A stretch of 64,000 bases of DNA, taken from the NCBI GenBank assembly GCA_977017575.1, contig CDRNVI010000019.1, positions 558,001-622,000 on the forward strand. The letters run 5' to 3'. This DNA is from Paramoeba atlantica (lineage: Eukaryota; Protista; Discosea). The translations under genes and the position numbers were made by a program. Numbering within the stretch: the stretch's first letter is position 1; each line of letters begins with the position of its first letter. Shown here one piece after another: positions 1-7,510 of the stretch. The notes under the pieces were generated by a model, which had not been told where the DNA came from, ran no database searches, and saw only the letters and a program-made list of their open reading frames with translations.

Positions 1-270
1 GTAGTGACGGGATCTGAATTGTACCGGAGGAGGGATTCTATCTGTTGGTGTTTTGCCAGATTCTTCAGTTCGTCGATTGTGACCTTCCCATTTGCGACCT
101 GTTTGAACAGCTCCGTGACCGCCCCTCTCTTGGCTGAATGTGTCCCAAAAGCTTGACCGAGCGTTTGCTTGATATTTCGATCCATCTGTCGTACGTTCGT
201 TCGGCACGTTGTGTTCCACGACTTGAGCGTATGAACGTATTGGGCAAGCTCCGGAGTGCCTTCCCCAAGA
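1..270 (-). pseudogene. Distal part of the E2 tyrosine recombinase gene, split from 5236-6062 by insertion of E1
   Basis: The minus strand reads LGEGTPELAQYV...HSAKRGAV...KHQQIESLLRY (HxxR, H and Y catalytic motifs), closely matching E3 YR. Joining 5236 to 270 restores MYTVI-LGEG in frame. Confidence 0.92.
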
Positions 271-517
271 GAAATCAGCGTCTTCTTTCTCACACATAAT
301 GAACAAGAATAAATAAAATGAAACCAATTCCTAAATCATGTAATATCTTTCTTCATAAAGCAATTCAAAGAATTCAACTGCTTTAGTATCCTCACCACCT
401 ATCCATGAAAAGAAATTAAGGTACCTGGCCATTTCAATCAAACTTACAGTATTTGAAACAAATCCACAACAAACTCCTTTACTTACGAACGGGCATCCCG
501 TCCGCCAACTCCGCGAA
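271..517. repeat. E1 repeat B2 (247 bp), copy of B1 793-1039
   Basis: Direct repeat gaaatcagcg...ctccgcgaa. Confidence 0.95.
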
Positions 518-540
518 GTGGTTGGGGGTTGGTGGGAGGG

Positions 541-792
541 CGCAATAAAAAGGTTAGAGAAGGAGTGTCACTATACCAAACTAAATAAATGAAATCTCTA
601 AACAAAACAAACAAATCATATCTCATAATATAAATATTATGTGCCCCCAAGGGCCATTATATCAATCATCCTAAATTTCTAAACGTACACTTATATAAAC
701 AAAACAAACAAATCATATCTCATAATATAAATATTATGTGCCCCGAAGGGCCATTATATCAATCATCCTAAATTTCTAAACGTATACTTATA
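541..792. repeat. E1 repeat A2 (252 bp) with an internal 2 x 97-bp tandem
   Basis: Matches 4984-5235. Internal units 599-695 and 696-792. Confidence 0.95.
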
Positions 793-1039
793 GAAATCAG
801 CGTCTTCTTTCTCACACATAATGAACAAGAATAAATAAAATGAAACCAATTCCTAAATCATGTAATATCTTTCTTCATAAAGCAATTCAAAGAATTCAAC
901 TGCTTTAGTATCCTCACCACCTATCCATGAAAAGAAATTAAGGTACCTGGCCATTTCAATCAAACTTACAGTATTTGAAACAAATCCACAACAAACTCCT
1001 TTACTTACGAACGGGCATCCCGTCCGCCAACTCCGCGAA
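793..1039. repeat. E1 repeat B1
   Basis: Direct repeat of 271-517. Confidence 0.95.
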
Positions 1040-1194
1040 CCAGCCCGCTCGCACGTAATACTACCACCCGAGCGCATGTGTTTTCAGCAAATGGTGGCGG
1101 CCACCTACTGAAACACCTACATATATAGCCTACATATATAGTATATTATTATTTTATTTTTTTGAGTACTACATTATTTCTGATTTGAATACTT

Positions 1195-3996
1195 TCATAA
1201 CCGGCTAATCGGGTCCGCGGGGTTATCGGCAGATTTTATGTAGCGAGCCATAATGCATACGCCAAGATTCTGATTCTTTTTGAGTATATGTTTGAGCTCC
1301 CCCGCAATGCTATCTGATTTTGCAACTTTACGATTAAGGGCAGCTTTGCACGACGTATTATCTATAAAGAGGTCCACACAAGTCCCCTTTTGAAAGTGGT
1401 GGCCCAGTTTTTCAAATGCCAGTCGAACTGCCATAGCCTCCGCATGATTAACTTCATATTTAAATTCCGGTTCCCACGAGTCCCCCACAATGATCACTTG
1501 ACCATCGTCCCGGTACAGAACTGCCCCCCATCCTTTAGCGGACGCGTCCGTGTAAAGACTATGCCTATGAGGAACGACATCCGGGTGTGGTGGCGGTGCG
1601 ATTGGTTCGTTCCGTAAAATGATATTCCTCCAGTCCGCCAGGATAGAACGAGTTGCTGTCGGAAGCGGAACAGGATACTCCGCCAGTTTGGGATTTCTAT
1701 TGAGCTCATTGATCCGTCGTCGAACAATCTTTAAAGGAAAATGATACTCAGGAATGATATGTCCCAAGACCGCTGCCGCGTAGAGGAGGCGCCCCACCGC
1801 CGTCTCCAGTTGAGAAAACGTTATGTTACGATAGCGATCGCGCGACATTTTTTGTAAAACCCTAGGTCCCAGGCTGACCTTGTGGGTTTCATGATTGTAC
1901 AGGACTCCATTGAACACATATTCCTTGGAAGGGTCGGATCCGGTCTCCTTAAATAAGCCACCGACTTGAGCACACCGTCCGTCAACAAAGTTAACAAATT
2001 TGATGCATTCTTCACGGGTTCCGGCAAATCGAATACCGTCTATGTAAATATCCACGGAGCCAATACAGGAGCCCAGTGTGGGCTTGCATACAGCGGAGTC
2101 GCACGCGATAGCTGCTGTCAGTTTGTGCATAATTTCCGGGGCGCATCGGTGCCCCATGGGCATAACTTTCATCTGGTGCAAGACTCCATCTTGGTCACGA
2201 AAACGAAATTTGGCACGTGCCGCGCGCGGAACTCCGATTTGGTAGAACCCGCAACGTAAGTCGCGCTTAACGCCTGCTTCTTCCTCAGCCTTATGCAGAT
2301 ACCAAGAAGGGTGCAATAAAGGAACGTCGGGCTTATAGTCCTTTAATCTGATATTGTCGTCCTTGGTCCAGGATATGAATCGGCGCCGGGCGTTCCCCTC
2401 CTCATCGGATTCAACTACGGTAAAAGGAATAACGTATTGTAAAGTCGGATGCTGATGGAGTTCTTTCTGTTCGACTGTTTCAATCACTCCAGCGTCAAGC
2501 AAACCAACGACATCAGCTTCCGAAAGATTACCTTTGATTGCTGGTTCGGTCTGCGCTGCAAGTCGCGTGTCAAATAAGTGTCTCATCACGGTTTCCAGGC
2601 GGTGAAGCGCACCAGGGGACATCCAAGTCTTCACTTTCTGCACGTCCATTACGGGTATTCCAGCCTTAACGTGTAGGGGGAGGTTCATGTCTTCGGGACG
2701 TGCAAGACGGGAAGTGCGCCGCGCGCAAATAACACTGTATCGCCTAACGTGCGGTATTTGATCGAAACAAAGGTTGACATCCTCTTGAGTTATAGGGTTG
2801 GTAGGAGAACCGAAGCTCGCTGCGTACCGAGCGCCTTTGCCGTTGTTATCAGGTTCCCGTTGTATCGTAATAGGGAGTTGATGCATTGATGTTTGGCTAT
2901 GTTTTGCACGTCTGAGAGAGCGACGCGTCCGAGCGCCACCTCGTTGAAGAGATACGTTATCGCGCCCCGCTTCAGGGAGTGTGTCCCGTAGCCGGGGCCC
3001 AGAATTTTCTTCATTTTCACGTCCATTTCCCGAACCGTTGTGCTTGTCACCTGCTGACCCTTCCTCATAAACCGGACGTATTCCGCAATCTCTAGAGTTC
3101 CTTCCCCTTGTATGGCTGTGCACATCGATAAGCGGTACGGGTTGAGACGAGTCGATTTGGTGTTCCGTCCCCAATAGACTATGACTTCGTTCGGTTGATT
3201 TCGCACGAATCTTTCGAGGGTTAGTTCTGCGACTTCTGTCCATCTGGCTGCGGCCTTCCAACAGATCAACGCGGCGATCCCTTCGCTTAACGATAATTTT
3301 GTCCTTAGCCGGCGTAGTTGCCACGGAGTGATTGGCTCCATCTGACGCGTTGGTTCGAGAGCGCCTCTTGCCTGTAGAGCTTTTGCAAACATTTTGAGAG
3401 GGGTAGGATCGGTTTGACTCAGCTGAAATACGGTTTGAAGATTGCGAGTGTAGCTCAACAGTGTCGCGGGTGCCAGATCCATTTGCTGAAGGAACAAAAC
3501 GGCGTGTATTGGATCTGGTGGTACCCCTCTTTCCCGACAAAAAAGTTCGAGCCTTCCCCACAGTCGTGCCCTTGAGAGCCAAGTAGCATTCGTCCACATG
3601 GGATTTATCGCGGTTCTCATTTGGTGTGCTAGCGGGCTCGTACTTGGTAGATTCAAAATTGTGCATGTTAGCTTGTCCTGGGCAGACTGCACGTCCAGTT
3701 TCCTGATTTTGTTTCCGGCAGGATATACTGCTAGAGATCGTTTGGCCTGACCCGCCCTTGAGTACGTCCTTACTTCCGCCACCCGATGCTGTGGCTTCTG
3801 CAGTCCCGTTCCGTGACATGCCACAAAGGCATGCACCTTCCCTGCAGAGTGCAAATATGAGCTGAATGATAGACCTGGACAAATCACCCGCCGCTTTTTC
3901 AGCGGACAGGCACGAGCGATGTAAGGGGTGGGGAGCACTACCTAGTGACTCCTCTTTGCACTCGAAGTGCCGCTCGTCACCCCTCCGCGAAAACCC
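1195..3996 (-). CDS. E1 reverse transcriptase-RNase H, in the -1 frame relative to gag and open from the heptamer at 3990-3996
   Basis: RT motifs KRDLRCGFYQ, MPMGHRCAPEIM, YIDG. DIRS-type RNase H LYTDAS...AEAMAV...FIDN...NPADPISR. The ORF-track start at 3882 is TTG and the frame stays open upstream of it. Confidence 0.9.
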   Translation of the reverse strand, partial: GFSRRGDERHFECKEESLGSAPHPLHRSCLSAEKAAGDLSRSIIQLIFALCREGACLCGMSRNGTAEATASGGGSKDVLKGGSGQTISSSISCRKQNQETGRAVCPGQANMHNFESTKYEPASTPNENRDKSHVDECYLALKGTTVGKARTFLSGKRGTTRSNTRRFVPSANGSGTRDTVELHSQSSNRISAESNRSYPSQNVCKSSTGKRRSRTNASDGANHSVATTPAKDKIIVKRRDRRVDLLEGRSQMDRSRRTNPRKIRAKSTERSHSLLGTEHQIDSSQPVPLIDVHSHTRGRNSRDCGIRPVYEEGSAGDKHNGSGNGRENEENSGPRLRDTLPEAGRDNVSLQRGGARTRRSLRRAKHSQTSMHQLPITIQREPDNNGKGARYAASFGSPTNPITQEDVNLCFDQIPHVRRYSVICARRTSRLARPEDMNLPLHVKAGIPVMDVQKVKTWMSPGALHRLETVMRHLFDTRLAAQTEPAIKGNLSEADVVGLLDAGVIETVEQKELHQHPTLQYVIPFTVVESDEEGNARRRFISWTKDDNIRLKDYKPDVPLLHPSWYLHKAEEEAGVKRDLRCGFYQIGVPRAARAKFRFRDQDGVLHQMKVMPMGHRCAPEIMHKLTAAIACDSAVCKPTLGSCIGSVDIYIDGIRFAGTREECIKFVNFVDGRCAQVGGLFKETGSDPSKEYVFNGVLYNHETHKVSLGPRVLQKMSRDRYRNITFSQLETAVGRLLYAAAVLGHIIPEYHFPLKIVRRRINELNRNPKLAEYPVPLPTATRSILADWRNIILRNEPIAPPPHPDVVPHRHSLYTDASAKGWGAVLYRDDGQVIIVGDSWEPEFKYEVNHAEAMAVRLAFEKLGHHFQKGTCVDLFIDNTSCKAALNRKVAKSDSIAGELKHILKKNQNLGVCIMARYIKSADNPADPISRL
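2790..3941 (-). CDS. E1 tyrosine recombinase, in frame behind the gag TAG
   Basis: AARWTE (R), KST (K), HSLKRG (HxxR), KHQ (H), LLRY (Y). Confidence 0.92.
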   Translation of the reverse strand, partial: VVLPTPYIARACPLKKRRVICPGLSFSSYLHSAGKVHAFVACHGTGLQKPQHRVAEVRTYSRAGQAKRSLAVYPAGNKIRKLDVQSAQDKLTCTILNLPSTSPLAHQMRTAINPMWTNATWLSRARLWGRLELFCRERGVPPDPIHAVLFLQQMDLAPATLLSYTRNLQTVFQLSQTDPTPLKMFAKALQARGALEPTRQMEPITPWQLRRLRTKLSLSEGIAALICWKAAARWTEVAELTLERFVRNQPNEVIVYWGRNTKSTRLNPYRLSMCTAIQGEGTLEIAEYVRFMRKGQQVTSTTVREMDVKMKKILGPGYGTHSLKRGAITYLFNEVALGRVALSDVQNIAKHQCINSLLRYNGNLITTAKALGTQRASVLLPTL

Positions 3997-4982
3997 GGGG
4001 TCAAGCGAGTAGACGATTGATTTAACGGGCAGTTCGCTCGGAAATGACCTGGTTTGTGGCAGCGGTAGCAGAGAAAGGCCGGGCGATTCGTCGATTGTTT
4101 AGATACCGTCATGTTCCGTAGCTTTTCTTCTGCAACTGCCTTGGAGTACGCGTCCTTCGTTTCGTCATCTTTGTGCAGTTTTAACTGAACGCGCTCTACC
4201 TGAATTCCAGATGAGGCCCAATAATTATTCCGAAGTTCTTCAATTGCCGTACGTACGATTTCCATGAAATGTTCTTCGCGCCAGAAAGGATAGATTCGGG
4301 CTGCCTGAATCCACTCCTGTACTATTTTAAACAGCCGTTCACGAATTGGAGGTGCATTCAGCAAGAGGCCAAACTCGGGATGGGCCCGCAAATCACGTAT
4401 GAGATCCCGGACGCGGAGCTCATCCTCCGACTCCAGCCATGGTCCCCACGTGAGGGGGTCGTTCGCGGTGAATCGAGCCGGGTCAGTAATGGGTGCATTA
4501 GGAGTCTTAGGTTCCTCGTCCGCCTTTCGGCCACCAGGCATCTTAGCACGTACTCAAACAATTTCTAAGGAGTAGTACTCGATGTCCGGAAAAGGGAAGT
4601 CGTACGCCATTCCGGGATCGTCAGTCCACACAGCTTCCATGGTACCTGACCCGTCCGATTTCAAGCGTACATTCCCAGTGACAGTATCGCGCACTGCATC
4701 GCCTTGATGGCCCCAAACCGCCTCTACCGACACGTCGTAACCTTTCGCAATCAAAGTCTGAACCTTCTGTGCGAATTCCGCCTTAGCTTCCCCCGACATT
4801 GCCGCCGAACCTGTTCCCCCCCGAAGCAAAGCCGCCACTTGCTCCGGGTTAAGCGTGGTACGTTGCTCCCCATACTGCAAACTTGGGTCAACCGGATTAG
4901 GGGAAGAAGGATCTTCTCGAACAGGACTCTGTTGCCTCCCCATTGACAACGTACGGCGAACAGTATTCAAAATGCCGGACAT
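3942..4982 (-). CDS. E1 Gag-like protein with a CCHC knuckle and one in-frame TGA at 4554-4556
   Basis: ORFs 4554-5093 and 3942-4541 are in the same frame and are colinear with the single gag ORF of E4. Knuckle CYRCHKPGHFRANC. Confidence 0.88.
3990..3996 (-). promoter_or_regulatory. Candidate -1 frameshift heptamer G_GGU_UUU (E1)
   Basis: Phased on the gag frame, 45 nt before the gag stop. The -1 frame is open into RT. Confidence 0.7.
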
Positions 4983-4983
4983 T

Positions 4984-5235
4984 CGCAATAAAAAGGTTAG
5001 AGAAGGAGTGTCACTATACCAAACTAAATAAATGAAATCTCTAAACAAAACAAACAAATCATATCTCATAATATAAATATTATGTGCCCCCAAGGGCCAT
5101 TATATCAATCATCCTAAATTTCTAAACGTACACTTATATAAACAAAACAAACAAATCATATCTCATAATATAAATATTATGTGCCCCGAAGGGCCATTAT
5201 ATCAATCATCCTAAATTTCTAAACGTATACTTATA
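4984..5235. repeat. E1 repeat A1 (whole 5' leader; gag ATG follows at 4982)
   Basis: Direct repeat of 541-792. Confidence 0.95.
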
Positions 5236-6062
5236 ATTACTGTGTACATTGATGGTCGCCACTGGTCGCAACGCGACGCCTTTGTTCCTCTGCCCCAGGC
5301 GATTACTATTCTTTGCGAGGTCACCTGTACGAATCTTTCTGTCGTTAAATTTGCTGTCTCGGTCCAGCGGGAGGCAGCTTTCCAGCACAGTAGCATTGTC
5401 ATGCTTTCCGATTGAGTCAGATTCTTTCGTAGCTTGTTCAAGAGGTATGGTGTTAGTGGTTCCATTTGGTGTTTCGGCTCCTCCGCACCCTCGGCTTGTA
5501 GCGCTTTGCAGAAAAATTTTATTGGTACAGTGCTCTCTCCGATTAGGTTGAACAGTGCCATTATTGCTCGAGCGTACGTTATTTTCGTTTGCGGAGATAT
5601 CGGGAGAAGCTGAATGAAAGCGACTGCATGTATTGGACTTAGATGTATCTTTTTCCACGTGCAAAAGGTCCTGAACCTTTCCCAAAGCCTTGCCCTTGAA
5701 TCCCACGTTGATGTGCTCCACATTGAGGCCATCCCATCCAAGGCCACTCTGACTTCGTGAGTGATCGTACTCACCCCCATCAACAGGCTTATCAGGTTTC
5801 TCCTGCCTGATTGCGCCGACTCCAAACTTAACGTTCCCTGATATAATTTTCCAGATGAAATTAATCTCCCGTCGTAGCTCCGCGCATTGACTACATTCTG
5901 TGCTGTCGTCTTTCTTCGTTTGCTGTGCGGAGCCTCGATCTGCGATGAAATTCTTTTGTATACTATGGACTTCTGTGGTACCATTTGATGCGAAATTTTC
6001 GTTCCTACGTCGATTCTCCGGTATTCTATATTCGGAACACTGGCGATTAAAGGACGGGCGTT
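5236..6062 (-). pseudogene. E2 tyrosine recombinase, N-terminal part, in frame behind the gag TGA
   Basis: No stop between 6062 and the ATG at 5984. Contains AASRWTET and ends MYTVI at the E1 junction. Confidence 0.9.
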
Positions 6063-7118
6063 TCATAACGTCTTGGCGCTGTGCGCGCTGCCAGCCGCCC
6101 TCTGGCGAAAATCCGGTGGTGATGATCTTTTGTACGGACAATCCTTCAAGAAATGATCAGGAGATCGGCAATTGTAACACACTGGGCGCCCTACATTGGA
6201 AGAAGCATAACTCGGATACATTTGTCTCGGCTGACCAAAAGAACGATAACTTCGATTCACATAATTTGATCCGGAGTAGCGCGCACGAAATTTCTCTCGA
6301 TCGGATAACTGATCCGACACGTGTTGATAAAATTTGTCGTGTGATCTGTCCTCTTTATCCAACTTCTGGTGGACTGCCTCTACATCTACCTTGCACGCTC
6401 GCCAATATGAGTCTCGAAGACTCTGAACGATTGCTTTACCCAACTCCAAGAAAGGACCTTCAGACCATCCTGGGGTATCCGGCGCCAACATAATCCATTT
6501 CCCTAGCAAATTGTCGAAGTTTCGCTCTTGCTGTTTCTGAAATGAACGATCCTGAAAGAATTGATTGAGTCGCAAACCATATTCCGGTGCCTCCTTCAGT
6601 TCCCGAATCAAATCACGAATGCGAAATCCCTCATCATTACGGGCATCGATCCACGCTGGCCAAGTAATAGGTTCATAAGGGTCTAACTTTAACGAATTCA
6701 TTGATGCGAATGATTGCAGATTTGGAGGCAGGGGCCGTCCGCCGTCCAATGGCTGCGTCTCCGGAAGATTATTCGAGGACTGTGGTTCGGCTTCTTCCAG
6801 GTCAATACGAAAGTAATTCAGATCATTGTGAGGAAAGGGGTACTCACGCGTGGGATCGTCCTCCCAGACGGCCCACATTTCCATGCCTTCACGTCGAATC
6901 TTGCCATGCGAAGTACGTTTTGCCGAAGTCGACGCGTCTTTTCGTTGCCATACCGCTTTAATGTGCAGAACCGGTGCCACATCCTTCGCCAGCAAAAGCT
7001 TTTCACACACTCTTGATTTCATTATGCTCATTTCCGAGCTTCCCATCGGATTCTCTGGCACGATCGATGGACTACGCGTTTCGCGTGGTGATAGAGTCTC
7101 TCGCGGCGACTGAGGCAT
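6063..7118 (-). CDS. E2 Gag-like protein (CCHC)
   Basis: 351 aa, knuckle CYNCRSPDHFLKDC, highly similar to E3 gag. Confidence 0.9.
   Translation of the reverse strand: MPQSPRETLSPRETRSPSIVPENPMGSSEMSIMKSRVCEKLLLAKDVAPVLHIKAVWQRKDASTSAKRTSHGKIRREGMEMWAVWEDDPTREYPFPHNDLNYFRIDLEEAEPQSSNNLPETQPLDGGRPLPPNLQSFASMNSLKLDPYEPITWPAWIDARNDEGFRIRDLIRELKEAPEYGLRLNQFFQDRSFQKQQERNFDNLLGKWIMLAPDTPGWSEGPFLELGKAIVQSLRDSYWRACKVDVEAVHQKLDKEDRSHDKFYQHVSDQLSDREKFRARYSGSNYVNRSYRSFGQPRQMYPSYASSNVGRPVCYNCRSPDHFLKDCPYKRSSPPDFRQRAAGSAHSAKTL
6108..6114 (-). promoter_or_regulatory. Candidate -1 frameshift heptamer G_GAU_UUU (E2)
   Basis: Phased on the gag frame, 42 nt before TGA. The -1 frame opens shortly upstream and stays open. 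Confidence 0.7.
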
Positions 7119-7510
7119 AGGAAAATTTTTTCGTACGGATATAATCTTCTATCCTTTACCAAAGTATAAATAATTGATGTACGATTAAACTCTGACAATT
7201 TAACTAAGTAAAAATCATAATATGAGAATATCATGTGCCCCGTGGGGCCACCCCCCCACCCTACAGGAAACTCGATATCCTTCGAACAATTCTATTCGTA
7301 GACTTCTAGACACGGTCACGAAACAGGATGCTGGCCGACGGGGAGGAGATTCACTGCCCGTGTACTACCTCACTTGGGGTACCTAGCCCTCGCGGGCTAG
7401 GCGTGAGTATAGACTCTGTCGACCCGACCAGCATCCGGGCTCACATTAGAGAACCTCACTCATGAGAGCAAGGCTTGAGAATAGGTGGGTAAGACACAGT
7501 GGGTAGGGGC

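Larger units (their letters stand above)
271..5235 (-). mobile_element. E1: YR retrotransposon (VIPER/TATE/Ngaro-like) with split direct repeats A1-gag-YR-RT/RH-B1-A2-B2
   Basis: A1 4984-5235 = A2 541-792 and B1 793-1039 = B2 271-517. Encodes CCHC gag, YR, RT and RNase H. The empty site reconstructs exactly with no TSD. Confidence 0.95.
5236..7308 (-). mobile_element. E2: 5' part of a YR retrotransposon related to E3, interrupted by E1
   Basis: gag 6063-7118, YR 5236-6062, -1 frame ORF open from ~6141. Terminus aattc-tattcgtagacttcta ends at 7308. Confidence 0.9.

Noticed and set aside
1195-3882. Retron, DGR, group II intron or prokaryotic RT-integrase defence system
   Set aside because: The DIRS-type RNase H, CCHC gag and split direct repeats identify a YR retrotransposon. 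There are no msr-msd, TR/VR or intron features.
3942-3944. Stop-codon reassignment (Blastocrithidia-type code) explaining the in-frame stops
   Set aside because: Several ORFs over 1000 aa have no internal TAA/TAG/TGA and end at standard stops. The recurring stops sit at one homologous junction.
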